This document shows positions 12,633 to 25,598 of a DNA stretch of 64,000 nt, in pieces (positions within the stretch are counted from its first letter, which is position 1; each line of letters begins with the position of its first letter). This stretch comes from Octopus sinensis (Eukaryota). Made by a program: the position numbers and the translations under genes. The notes beneath the pieces were generated by a model. The model saw only the letters and a list, made by a program, of their open reading frames with translations. It searched no databases and had not been told where the DNA came from. The stretch is taken from positions 25,358,001 to 25,422,000 of the forward strand of contig NC_043009.1 of NCBI RefSeq assembly GCF_006345805.1, written 5' to 3'.

Positions 12633-14315
12633 TGTTGTCATTTAGCTGTTAGTATCAAAGTCTTCTGTCACACTATTGTGACTTCTCTAATCTCTCCTAT
12701 TTGTCTACATTTCAAACCAATCTGCGTGCACGCGCACACGCGTGTGTGTGTGCATGTGTGTGTCCACATACAACTAACAACACACGCATTCTTGCAATAC
12801 ATACCCTGCCTTATTTACATCATCTTTTCTCTTTTGTGTCTCACTCCCACCCCTCCTCTTCCTCCCCCCACCTTCTCCCCATACTTTATCTATTCTCCTC
12901 ACCCCTCCCTCCTTCCCTCTCTCCTCTCCTTCCTCCTTGCATGTGATCAAGGTGAAAGGTCATTCATTGATTTGAGTATCTGGTTAGATAATGATACAGT
13001 GAGATAATATTCAGCATGATGGTTTGAGTGCAGTGGTGGTGGTGGTGGTGGTGGTAGTGGTGATGGTGGTGGTGGTGGTGGTAGAGGTGGTAGAGGTAGT
13101 GGTGGTATTATAGTGATGGAAGTTACGATCACAGTTATCTCTGTGATAGTGTCGTAGTGGTAGTGTTATGATACAACACCACACTAACCCGCCTTACATC
13201 CCCACTGCTTCATCCTCATACAGAGGGAGCAAAATAGATACCAGTTATATATTGAGGATGGGATCAGTTCTATATGAGTTATACTTGAGGTGGCAAGCTA
13301 GCAGAATGCTTAGCAGGATTTTGTCCATCTTTACATTCTGAGTTCAAATTCCATCAAGGTCGACTTTTCTTTACATCCTTTCAGGGCTGATAAAATAAGT
13401 ACCAGCTGAACACTGGGATCATGTCCCCACAACTTCATCCTTATACAAAGGAATCAAAATAGATACCAAAAATTTTAAAAAAAGACTTGTTTGTTCTCAA
13501 AGACTGAATAAAGCAGTTGTAAGATTTGAACTCATGATCCTGTGGTAAGTAAAAGTGATAAGACAAATGAAACAGGTATGGGTATGGCTGTATGGTTAAA
13601 AAGTTTGCTTTGCAGCCCAATCATATGGTTTCAGGTTCAGTCCCACTGCACAGCACCTTGGCAGGTGTTTTCTCTTATAGCCCCAGGCCTATTAATACCT
13701 TCTGAGGGAATTTGGTAAACAGAAAGTTAAAGAAGTCTCTTGTATATGTGTATTGTTCATTGTTCACTTCCAGTCTTTCATGCAAAACATGTCAGGCCAT
13801 GGGGAAATATTACCCTGCTTGGAAATAAGTATGGGTTGGTGTCAGGAGGAGCATCCAGCTGTAAAACAATACCTCAGCAAATTCCATTTGACCCATTCAG
13901 ATGCGGAAAAGTAGATCTTTTATCTTTTATACTTGTTTCAGTTATTAGGCTGCGGTCATGCTGGGGCACCTCTTTGAAGCACTTTGAATCAACTCCAGGA
14001 TTCATTTTTTTAAGCCTCATATTCTATCGGTTCCTTTTGCTGAACTGCTAAGCTACAGGGAGGTAAACACACCGGCACCAGTTGTCAAGTGGTGGTGGGT
14101 AGAAACATTGGTTGGGTAGACACAAAGACACATTCACATATATATATGACAGGCTTCTTTCAGTTTCCATCTACCAAATCCTCTCACAAGGCTTTGGTCA
14201 GCCTGAGGCTATAGCAGAAGACACTTGCTCGAAATACCTTGCAGTGGGACCGAACTTGGAACCATGCCGTTGGGAAGCAAGCTTCTTACCATACATATAT
14301 ATAAAGAGAGAGGAA

Positions 14316-14393
<78 letters not shown>

Positions 14394-14781
14394 TGTCTAT
14401 TTAGGTTCTCAATGTCTCCATTTTCTGTTAAGTTATAGTAAGAATTCCCAGAGTCGAAGAACACAAACAGAGAAGCTTACCAATCTTTGGAGTTTTAGCA
14501 AAGAGAGATAGACAGGAAGAATTGGTCAAATTCCTCAGCTAGCAGACTTTGGGGAAACCTCCGTCATGTTGCTGTCATGATTTCTGCATTGTTTTCTTGC
14601 TGAATGGTGGAATACCATTGATTTTAGCAGAGGAAAGCCTGCATGATTGTGCTACCAAAAGTGTGTGTGTGTGAGAGAGAGAGAGAAAGTCAGTATGTTG
14701 TGTGTGTGAGAGAGAAAGATTATGTGTACGAAAGAGACTATGTGAGAGAGAGAGAGACAGAGAAAGAGAGAAGCTGTATGT

Positions 14782-14815
<34 letters not shown>

Positions 14816-15306
14816 TAAAGGGGGAGAGATACTGTTTAGATGTAGTGTTTATTAATCTTCTGTGTGTGCATGTGTGTGTGTCTATATTAGTGTAGTGTTG
14901 TCTTTTAGTGTGTGCATATGCAAATGTATAAGTATGAATGGGTTTACTCTGATTTCTGTGTGTGTGTGGCTTTAACTTGATCTATATATGTGTGTATGTA
15001 TGTTTGACATTAGTCTGTCTGTAGATGTATGTGTGTGTGTGTGTTTGTGAAGAATTTGATGTTTAGCCCCAATCAAAAAAACATTCCAACTGTGACCATC
15101 CCATCTGGTTTTCAAATGTAATACATTGAGTACTACATGACACCACACTAAAGTGTGTTATTTGAGGGGGTTTTGATATCTATCTTTAACAAATTGAGAT
15201 ATATAAAGGCTTCCTCGCAGACTCGTTCATTTAGAATGAATGTATAATGAATCGGGTTGTCCTATTCTCTTGTGTGTATGTATGCTATGACTGATTTATT
15301 ATTGAG

Positions 15307-15357
<51 letters not shown>

Positions 15358-15942
15358 GTGTATAATGTAACCACAGTCTGTTGTTACTATATATATAGTC
15401 AAAATAAGCAACAGGATATCAAGTAGTGATGCAGTACGACCGTTTCAAGCGGTTCCATTTAATTGAACAATGCAATCATTACATCAATTTAAATGCAGTG
15501 CCATCTTCAGCTGCACAGATAAAAAAATAGAATTTTAACCAGTTGGACACGTTAATATAATTTTTCTCAATACTTTAAGAGAGCAAGAACTTGGAAGAAA
15601 TTCATGTTGTTGCTATTGTAGCTAAGAATAGACTACACTTCCAAGAATCGCATGAAGCCTATTTGGGGCGATAAGGTTGTAAGGGATTGTAATTCATTTC
15701 TAATTCATTTATCTCTTTATCAACTACTAAATCTAAGACTAGAAGACTATGTCTACTTTGAATAATGGACAAGAGTGAGTTACTGGCTCATGGCTAGGTA
15801 TGGTCATAAACATTATCATATGTACCCCTTTTTCCTCAGGGAGGAAAGTAGACATTAGGAGTAGTCAGTTGGCTATCAGTAACTGTCCATAAAAAGTGGT
15901 TGGGTAGGGGAAGATTTTAAAACATGATGTTAATTACCAGTT

Positions 15943-16507
15943 AAAAGGTGGCCCAAAAGTAGATTTACAGTTATTCAGCTATCTCTTTTGCATTCATATA
16001 TTAACAGTTTAGATTTTAATTATGAAAAAAATCTAAACCCATTATTCAGCAACATGGAGCACCTCCACATTATGTGTTGACAATAAGAGACTACCTTAAC
16101 CAAGCCTTTCCACAGCGTTGATTTGGAAGACAGGGCAGCATCGAATGGCCACCACATTCACCTGCCCTGACACCAATGGATTTCTTTTTTGGGGGGTGTT
16201 GTAAAGAACAAGGTTTATGAGAGGAATCCCCAAACAGTAAATGAATTAAAGGATTATATTTCTGACGCATTCACTGAAATTGATGGAGATCGGAATATGT
16301 GCCGCATTGTGTGTCAGAGTGTTCTGAAGAGGTTTGAAGAATGGTGCAATATTGAAAGAGGACATTTTGAGCATCTGAGAGGTTAAACATTGTCTGTTTA
16401 AGATGTGCATAAAGAATATGATTGTAAGATAGAAAATTAAATGTAATTAAATGTTTTAAAAGAAATTTAAAGTGCCTATGTGATAACTATAAACCTACTT
16501 TTGGGCC

Positions 16508-16513
<6 letters not shown>
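15943..16513 (+). mobile_element. Internally deleted Tc1/mariner DNA transposon
   Basis: TIRs aggtggcccaaaagtagatttacagtta / taactataaacctacttttgggccaccct, TA-flanked. Transposase remnant QQHGAPPHY...WPPHSPALTPMDFF-WGVVKNKVY...GHFEHL with a stop and a frameshift. Confidence 0.88.
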
Positions 16514-16555
<42 letters not shown>

Positions 16556-17042
16556 GTGTATGTATATAGGTATATAGTGTCTACAACAAGATTCAGTCAT
16601 ACATATCCTCTCCCCTCCCCTCTTCTTCCTCCTCTGAATTACATATATCACTTAGAGAATACTATTAGTTCATGCATGGGTGCTTCAGATTCTTTGTGTG
16701 TGTATTTCGGTGTTTGTTCATCCATCCATTTTGTGCCCATTTTTTTTTCTGTCCCCGCATAAGTTGGACAATTTGACAAATACATATTTTCAAGGTATTA
16801 TTTTACAGTAGCATGCTCTTCCTGTCACTCATTAACCCTTACCTGTTTTTCTTTTTTATTTTAAGTAAAAGAGTTTCTTGTTCTGTTCATTTTCCAAAGT
16901 GCTGAGCTAGCAAGCAATTTGTTCATGTGGAATATCAACAGACATCAGCGTTTATAGCTCAAAACTTTCATGTGAGGTGCAGTATGTCTCCATTCACACA
17001 CACACACATACACACCCACACACACATACACACTTATATACA

Positions 17043-17250
17043 TACAAGGGGTTGCTGAAAAGTTCCTGGCTTTGGATACAAGAAAATATGGGAGGATCAG
17101 TTATATTTTGACATTCCCCTCTCAGATTCACACTTATTGCAGTGGTCCTTCAATTTTTCTTAGCTCTGTAAAAGAACTTAGAAGGTTAGGCTTGCAGTCA
17201 TGCCTTTCATGGTACCCTCAAAGCCAGGAACCTTTCAGTAACACCTCCCT
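17043..17250. mobile_element. Mariner-type MITE
   Basis: Imperfect TIRs tacaaggggttgctgaaaagttcctggctttg / caaagccaggaacctttcagtaacacctc. Confidence 0.65.
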
Positions 17251-17289
17251 CTCCCCCATATGTAGTGGGTCAGAAGATGCTAATGCAAG

Positions 17290-17600
17290 TAAAGAATTGA
17301 TGTGTACCATGCCAGATGTGCTCAGAGAGATCAAATTCTGACTTCTTAATCAGAGTGAAGGACTCCAGAAGTAGATGAGTTGGTTGGAAGAGGTTCCATC
17401 TCAGTGGCAGCAAACCACCAGTTTGCCCTTTTTATCCAAAGCCATGTAGTAGCCTTATCCGTGACTTCAGTTATGAAATTTATGGCCCTCCTTTTACATG
17501 CAACAATAACTCAAAGCCCAGTCGGAGCCTTGCAGAATGAACATCCCATAAAATCTTGGCAACCCTCTTCAATTAACTTACAACATGCCTGCTAGTCTAG
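17290..17600 (-). mobile_element. HERO-like (RLE-type) non-LTR retrotransposon 3' fragment
   Basis: 17573-17415 reads IEEGCQDFMGCSFCKAPTGL*VIVACKRRAINFITEVTDKATTWLWIKRANWW. This resembles the recalled HERO C-terminus (PIEVGCRGF...AEKASRWLWIKR..W). Confidence 0.65.
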
Positions 17601-17863
17601 GCTTCTCCTTTGCGCTATATATATATATTCAAATACACACACACATATACATATGCATATATAAAAGCTTTCTATATGTACTCTATGACATACCCAACTG
17701 TAGATTCCAACCAGTTAAAACTCGGACTGTAATTCAAATTCTTTTCAGTTTCCCTTTGGATATACAGGAATGCACACACAGTTCCAGATAATGGTTATTT
17801 GTCATACAATTTAAATGACTCTATATAATTATATATACATTATACAGAGGATGTAAAATATCT

Positions 17864-17916
<53 letters not shown>

Positions 17917-17929
17917 CTATCTTTAATTT

Positions 17930-18193
17930 TATCTCTGGTCAATTTTTCCCTGAAGAAGGACTGTATCCAAAACGTTGGGTTTTTCCACTCCTCACACCAA
18001 TGACCTTGGTGATGCATTCCTTCAAATGCTTTATGTCTTTTATCTCTCCACGATACGCCATGCCTTTCAAATGCCCCCAGAAATAGAAATTAAGAGGGGT
18101 CAGATCAGAGGATTTAGGGGGTCTAATAAACTGTTTCTCATAAAAAAGAATCAATTTTTCCTATGTATGGAGACTTTTGAATCACCCTGTATA
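17930..18193 (-). mobile_element. Second Tc1/mariner remnant
   Basis: TIR tacagggtgattcaaaagtctccata near 18165-18193. Remnant PPKSSDLTPLNFYFWGHLKGMAY. Confidence 0.75.
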
Positions 18194-18694
18194 TTCTTGT
18201 AGGAAATTGAATGAACTAATACAATCTTCTTTGTCATTCAACTTTTTGGCCGATAGGGTTAAATAGAAGGGAGCAGGATGACTCATGCAGGTTCATCTTA
18301 AACTGTTAAAAACAGGGGTCCTTGTAAGATTTTACTGTTATAATTTGTATGTAAACTTCTACAATGCGCAAAATATTTTCAGAATTTAAAAAAATATAAT
18401 TTCTTATAATATTTAATTATAGAAATAGGATAGGATTTTTTAAACATCAAATGGCTGCGTTGGTTCTTTTGAGTAAAACAGGAACCATGGTTGAGAATCA
18501 CTGGCGTCAAAGAAAAGTAGTTCTCTCAATCTTGAAAAGCCAGATGAACTGAAAGCATAAAGATGCAGCATAAAAATAAATTTCTATAAACTGATAGTTT
18601 ATTCACAGGAAAAGACATTGGAACTTAATTTGCTTTAAAGATAGTCATCAGAAAAGACTAGTGAAGCCCACATTGAAAATTAGTGAGGTAGTTA

Positions 18695-18725
<31 letters not shown>

Positions 18726-20031
18726 GCGCATAGAATGTAACTAAAGACATATTTGAGACACTTCTCTATATATATATTTATTTTGTATAGACGTTGGTCA
18801 CGGTCCAAGTAATTTCTAGCTAGTTGAACAATTTCGCAATGAATAAGTACCTTGAATATTTGAATTAAATAGATTTTTTTAGGTTCATGTATCTCATTAA
18901 TGCTTTTGTATGTATGTGTGTGTGTGATTCACATTGTCATCATTCAACATCTGTGTTTCATGCTGGCATGGGTTGGGTGTATTTCAACTAGATCCAATAT
19001 CTCCAAGCACCACATCATGCTCCAGTGTCTGCTTTGGCACAGTTTCTATGACCAACCACCTCACACAGTAGACTTGGTCCTTTTTTCATGTTGCCTGCAT
19101 AATGAGGTTGTCGTGCAACTCGCAGGAGTAGCAACCCTGGAGGGATGTGAGCTTCATGCTAGGGGATAAGGGGATTACAGTAAGGACTGAGGTGACCAAG
19201 CAGGTTCTTGTAAAAGGATCTGCATGACTACCCACATTAAGTAGGAGGAAGGCAAAGAGAGAGAGAAAGAGGACATAACCAGTAAGAGTTGAAGGGGATA
19301 GATAATGGCAGTGAGGTGTCCAGGTGACCCCCATCAGGCACAAGGTGCATAGAAATGGGTGGAGAATGTTGCATATCCCAAAAGGGATATATATATATAT
19401 ACCCTTATTATTTTCACAGTAAAGTTTGCGTAGTTTTGAACCTCTTTGGTACACAGTTTTAATTTTTTAATTAATATTTGCTGCTGAATGTAACTGCACG
19501 GTGGATTTTAAAAAATTAGAATGTATGATTATGTAGCACATGTATTCTCTGTGCTGCATAAATAGGCATTAATCTTAGTGTCCTTATGGAAGGAGCATGG
19601 ATGGCAAATGAATTTATTTGCACATTAATGCAGAAACTCAAGTCTAGGGGTAACTATAGAAATATTTTTATTTTTCATTCCCTTTGAAATTACTCATATT
19701 TGTGGTTTGAGCTTTAACTGCCCTTTCCAGCATGTAAGGTGTCCTGTTAAAGGTCACCTCTTTTGTGTATAAATACATACACCATTTTATATATATATAT
19801 ATTCCAGAGTAAGCACATAAATGTGAAACAAGGTGGAAAAAGAGAGTACTCAAATACCAGAGGTAGAGTAATATGCTTTATTTAAAAGCAGCAGAAATAT
19901 AACAAAAGCTGTTACTCAGAGTTTCATGTTCACGTTTGTAAGACTGTTTTGTTAAAAAAACTGTCCGACGAATGGGAACGTGATGCTTTTAAATAAAGTA
20001 TATATATATATATATATATATATCTATATAT

Positions 20032-20064
<33 letters not shown>

Positions 20065-20433
20065 GCCAGAGAAAATCAGCCCTGTGCTCCTTATAGAGTA
20101 ATGTGAATTAACGACACACACACATCCACATGTATAAATAGATGGCCAAATGCATACACACACATATGCAAATAGCAAGAGAGAGAGAGAGTGAAGTGGG
20201 GAGATGAGGAGATTGATGTATCTATTTCTCACTGCTTGGGTCTGTGTTTGTGTGCCAGCACACTGAAATCAAAGAGAAGAAATGAGAAAAACAAATGATT
20301 CTCTCTCTCCCTGCCTCTCTCTCTCTCCCTCTCCCCTCTCTCTCTCTATTGTTCCACATTAGTTGGTATTGATTCATGTAAGTAGTACAAGTGATACCCA
20401 AGATTTTACTGAAAGAGAAACACAAAGCCAGAG

Positions 20434-20474
<41 letters not shown>

Positions 20475-20649
20475 TGTGTGTGTGGAGAAGGGACTGGGTG
20501 TGGTGGTGGTGGTGGTGGAGGTTGTCCTGACACTTTGCTCAGTCTTCACTCATTCTTACATAACTACCATTAGCTAGTGAGCTCAATAGGTAGATATTAG
20601 GTAGGTTGTTTGATGTTGCATCTTTAGTCTTCCACAGTCATACATACAT

Positions 20650-21030
20650 GCTTGCTTGCTTCCTATCCACATGGTTCCAGGTTCAGTCCCACTGTGTGGA
20701 CAAGTATATTCCACTCTAGCCTTGGGTCAATCAGAGCCTTCTGAGTGGATTTTGTAGGCAGAAACTGAAAGAAGCCTGTCATACATATATATATGTATGT
20801 ATATTTATGTATGTGTGGCTTTGTGTCTATGTTATACCCTTGCCCACTATCAATTGACAACTGATGTTGGTGTGTTTATGTCCCTGTAACTTAGCAGTTT
20901 GGCAAAGAAAACCAATAGAATAAGAACCAGGCTTACAAAGAATAAGTCCTGGGGTCGATTTCTTAGACTAAAACCCTTAATGGCAGTGCTCCAGTATGGC
21001 CACAATCAAATGACTGAAACAAGTAAAAGA
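20650..21030 (+). mobile_element. SINE family A copy
   Basis: Same head, body and tail as the other family A copies. Confidence 0.8.
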
Positions 21031-21721
21031 ATTAAGATATATACATATATCATCATCATCATCATCATCATTTAACATCTGCCTTCCATGCTGGCATGGG
21101 TGGGACAGTTTGACAAGAGCCAGCCATGCAAGACTTCTGTAACTGTTTTGGCATGGCTTCCACATGCATACACACACATATATAGGCATAAGTGGGAGTA
21201 GTTAAGGAGTAAAACAGGTGAAGTTTCCTTTTCGAGTCACAATGACTCATGAGGGCCAGTTTCCATGTTTCCATGTTGGATGTATTTCCCACCTGAATGG
21301 GATGCCAGTCCCTTGCAGGGTTACGCATTTTTGCCAGCCAAGTGGACTGGAGCAACGTGAAATGAAGTGTTTTTGCTCAAGAATACAATGCGACCCTGTC
21401 CTGGAATTGAAACAACAATTTCAAGATCATGAATCCAACACCTGAACCACTAAGCCACGTGCCTCCATCAAAGTAGTTGGGAGGGGATTAACATAATAGT
21501 GATGCAGTGCTATGACAGACACTGAAGGTATACACACAAACATGCGCACCACATGGGTGTAGGTTCAGTTCCATTACATGGTACCTTGGGCAAGTGCCTT
21601 CTACTACAGCCAGGAGCCAACCAAAGCCTTCTGACTGAATCCGGTTGATGAAAACTGAAAGAAGCCTGTTATATAAATATATATATGTATATGCATATTT
21701 TGTGTGTGTATATATTGTCTT

Positions 21722-22110
21722 TTACTCTTTTACGTATTTCAGTCATTTGACTGCAGTCATGCTGGAGCATCACCTTTAGTTGAACAAATCGACCCCAGGA
21801 CTTATTCTATCAGGCTCTTTAGCCAAACCACTAAGTTTCAGGGACATAAACACACCAACATCAGTTGTCAAACGATGGTGGCAGGGACAAACACAGACAC
21901 AAAGATGCACTCATAAATATATATAAATACATGCATATATACACACGCTGGTCTTCTTCCAGTTTCTGTCTACCAAATCCACTCACAAGGCTTTGGTCAG
22001 CCCTTGACTAGAGTAGAAGACACTTGCCCAAGGTGCCAAGCAGTGGGACTGAACCCAGAACCATGTGGTTAGGAAGCAAGCTTCTTACCACACAGCCACA
22101 CCTGCGCCTA
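21722..22110 (-). mobile_element. SINE family A copy nested in opposite orientation within another family A copy (21560-22332)
   Basis: A + strand 5' half at 21560-21670 and a + strand 3' half at 22115-22332 flank this minus-strand copy. Confidence 0.75.
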
Positions 22111-22746
22111 TACATACCTGTGTTTGTCTTTGTGTCTCTGTTTGTCCCCAATCACCACTTGAGGTGATTTGTTTATGTCCCCTGTAACTTAGCAGTTTAG
22201 CAAAAGAGACCAATAGAATAAATACCAGGCTTGAAAAATAAGTACTGGGGTTGATTTGTTCCTCTGAAACCCTTCAGGGTAGTGCCCCAGCATGGCCGCA
22301 TTCCAATGACTGAAACCAAGAAAAGATAAAAGATACTTGAACATCATAGGTCATCATATTATATATATATATGTGTGTGCAATGCAGCAAGTTGGCAGAA
22401 TCATTAGCATGCTAGGCAAAATGCTCAGCGGTATTTTGTCTGTCTTTACATTCTGAGTTCAAATTCTGCCAAGGTCAGCTTTGCCATTCATCTTTTTGGG
22501 GTTGATAAATTAAGTACCAGTTGTGTACTGGAGTCGATTTAATTGACTGGCCCCCTTCCCCAAATTTCGGGCTTTGTGCCTAGAGTAAAAAAGACATTGT
22601 ACATAGAGTAAAGATCATGGGAGTGAATAAGTGTGTGTGTATCAGGGAGAGGTAGAATCTAAAATTTTTAGACTGACCTTTGACCCTGTAGCATGTGACC
22701 TTCTCCACACTTATGTTCACACATTCCATAAAAACACATTCTTTGA

Positions 22747-22779
<33 letters not shown>

Positions 22780-23111
22780 CCTTTTCTAGGGTCCATCACA
22801 GGTGTTATCAGTACAGTCAGAAATTGTGACAGAGTGTTAGAGGAGTGTAATGGGTGGGACACAGGTATCAGAGGGTAAAGGGAGTGGAATAGAGTTAGAG
22901 ATAGGAACAGGATGTGGGATAGTGTTTATTTCCTGCATGGAAACATAAAGTCATTCTGATTTGGTTGTGATTGTGATAGATAATGTCAAGTCAGCTTTGG
23001 TCAAAGACATTCCCTTGCTGACCATCCACCCTGCTCTTTTGTATGTATCAGGGACTTCAATGCCCAATGTGTATTTTCTTTACACATTAATATTATTTAA
23101 TTATTAAAATA

Positions 23112-23552
23112 AGACAGCAAACTGGCAGAATCATTAGCATGCTGAGCAAAATGCTTAGTGATATTTCATCTTCCACTACATTCTGAGTTCAAATTCCACC
23201 GAGGTCGACTTTGCCTTTCATCCTTTCAGGGTTAATAAATTAAGTACCATTTGCATATGGGGGTTGATCAAATTGACTGCCCCCTACCCCAAAAAATGTT
23301 GGGCCTCGTACCTAGAGCAGAAAAGAATTATAAGCTATTTTAAGGCGGCGAGCTGGCAGAAATGTTTGCATGCTGAGCAAAATACTTAGCGGTATTTCAT
23401 CTGCCACTACATTCTGAGTTCAAATTCTACCAGGTTCGACTTTCATCATTTCAGGGTCAATAAATTAAGTACCAGCTGAGTACTGGGGTCAATGTGATCG
23501 ACTGCCCCCTACCCCAAAAAATGCAAGCCTTGTGCCTATAGTAGAAAGGATT
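23112..23552 (+). mobile_element. Head-to-tail pair of family B SINEs
   Basis: Two complete copies, 23112-23330 and 23344-23552. Confidence 0.8.
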
Positions 23553-24227
23553 ACTTAATCATAAAAATATAACGGTATTTTTTTTCAAACATCTAGTGGC
23601 TATAAGGGTCCATCCAAGTAAAATAGGTATCAAAAGGGTCCTTAAGGAAAATGGTTGAGAACCACTGGTTTAACGGTTTCTTCATTTTCTTGTGTCTTGG
23701 TGTTAAGAATGGCAATGCAGGTAGTAAACAGTGGGCAAGGTACACAGCGCCACCACCACCACCACACTGTACCCTGGAACTGACCATAACAATAGTAGTG
23801 GAGTGAGGTGGGTGTTGTGGTGTGGCACCCCTCCAACTGATAAACTCTCCTATCTGATTGGCTAAAGACCAGACATCCTGCAAGTGTTTAAGGATTGGCC
23901 TGACAACAGGCCATAATTGTTCTCTCATATTTTATACTTTACTTGTTCTCCTGTCCACACCTCACCTTACGGTATATATTTGTTTGTGTGTATGTATGCA
24001 TGCATACACTCGCTGTGTATATCATATATACGCATGCACACACATACACACATGCGAATGTGTGTATGTGTGTGTGTATTTCTACCTGTATATCTCTCTT
24101 ATTTCTCTATCTACCTGTCTCTCATTAAAAAACCTAACATTGTATTACTTTTGCTAACGACACAGTTCTCTGCACTAATTAAGATTTTATTGATAAATAA
24201 TTGTTCTTTTTGTGTTTCTAATTCCAG

Positions 24228-24300
24228 CCACCCACTAATTAAGCACTTGTTTAGCTTAAAAACCCAAAATCCAGATCTGGCTGACCTGCTTATTCATCAA
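24228..24300 (+). CDS. TRAP1: TRAP1 / HSP75 (mitochondrial HSP90) penultimate coding exon, 73 nt
   Basis: Acceptor ttgtgtttctaattccAG, donor caa|GTAAGT. Reads c-HPLIKHLFSLKTQNPDLADLLIHQ, matching recalled human TRAP1 [25 protein letters not shown]. Ends in phase 0 and joins the terminal exon in frame. Confidence 0.92.
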
Positions 24301-24514
24301 GTAAGTTCTAAACTTTGTATGTGTCCATGTGCATGTGTGTATCAGCAATGTTCTATGCTGTTCATGTTGGCATGGGTTGGACAAATCTGTTCACCTAGAC
24401 AAGTTAGGAAGGACTTCATCTTGCTTGCATTTCATTTTGGCCAATTTTTTTTCTCCAGTCCTTCCTAACACCAACCACTTTAGAAAGTTGACTGGGTATA
24501 CTGTCCAAGCCACC

Positions 24515-24661
24515 ATTACTTCAGAGATCTCCAACCAACCACATGGTTCTGGGTTCAGTCCTACTGTGTGGCATTTTGGGCAAGTGTCTTCTACTACAGC
24601 CTCAGGCTGACCAAAGCCTTGTGAGTGTATTTGGTAGACAGAAACTAAAAGAAGTCCATTG

Positions 24662-24692
<31 letters not shown>

Positions 24693-24890
24693 ATGTTTGT
24701 GTGTCTTTTTGTCCCTCCACCATCACTTGACAACCTATGTTGGTGTGCTTACATCCCCATAACTTAGCAGTTTGGCAAAAGTGCCCAATAGAATAAGTAC
24801 TAGGCTTACAAATAATAAGTTGGGGGGGGTCGATTTGTTCAACTAAAGGCAGTGCTCCAGCATGGCCAGATGACAAATAAATAAAAGAAT
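24515..24890 (+). mobile_element. SINE family A copy
   Basis: Family A body and tail, about 215 bp downstream of the TRAP1 penultimate exon. Confidence 0.8.
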
Positions 24891-25402
24891 ATAACATATA
24901 AGAATATATATATATACGTATAACAGTATAATTCTGTGCCCAAATCAAAGTCAAGTAAAGAATTGCATAAAGACATACAGACAAATCAAAAAGTCTTACA
25001 GCTGTTTCTGGGAGTGTGGAAAGAAGTGTTTAGGTAAATCCTTGATGACTTCAGTAACCCACATTTCCTTCATCAGAGAATATGCACGGATTCCGAGTTT
25101 TAAATAAAATCATAAAATTATTCATGATATTGTAAGAATATGATTCAGCTGTTGTAATTAGATATAAGTATTTGAATTGAAAAGGATTTACCTACACATG
25201 TCTTCGAACATTCCCAGAAACAGCTGTAAGGCTCTTTTGTATTTATTGGATTCGTTTGAAGACTTTCCTTTTGGATTATTGTAAACTGTTATCTCATTAG
25301 CTTAAAGACATTTTGATTTGTCCTTATGTATTTATGCAATTATCCAACTTTGATTTGGGCACGGAAATACATGGTTATATGTATATATATATATATTTAT
25401 AT

Positions 25403-25598
25403 GTTAGTTAGTTAGTTAGACTCAAAAGCAAATAGCAAGGCCATGTAGGGGGACATGGAGTTAAGTACAGGGTGGTGTTCATGTAAAGAGTTCAGGCCAC
25501 TTGAGGTCAAGGGAGGCTTTGAACAAAGCGATCATCGGCATCTTCACCATCTCGTCTGGCAGCTTGTTCCACGGATCCGCAACCCGGATGGAGAAAGC
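25403..25598 (-). mobile_element. 3' end of a second CR1-like LINE family with (TAAC)n tail
   Basis: Minus strand reads AFSIRVADPWNKLPDEMVKMPMIALFKASLDLKWPELFT*, a CR1-type C-terminus (FS.RV...WN.LP...FK..LD). A short UTR and taac repeats follow. Confidence 0.75.

Noticed and set aside
13201-13470. ~44-bp imperfect direct repeat flanking a family B SINE
   Set aside because: It is too long, diverged and offset to be a TSD, and is probably fragments of another repeat.
18608-18640. EKTLELNLL* as the TRAP1 PTLEINP segment
   Set aside because: There is an immediate stop, no upstream MGAARHF homology and no donor.
19575-19660. LMEGAWMANEF... as the TRAP1 exon containing LMAWMRNVL
   Set aside because: Similarity is limited to AWM, with no matching flanks or convincing splice sites.
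23917-24468. 183-aa ORF as a single CDS
   Set aside because: Only 24228-24300 is TRAP1-like and splice-bounded. The rest is intron.
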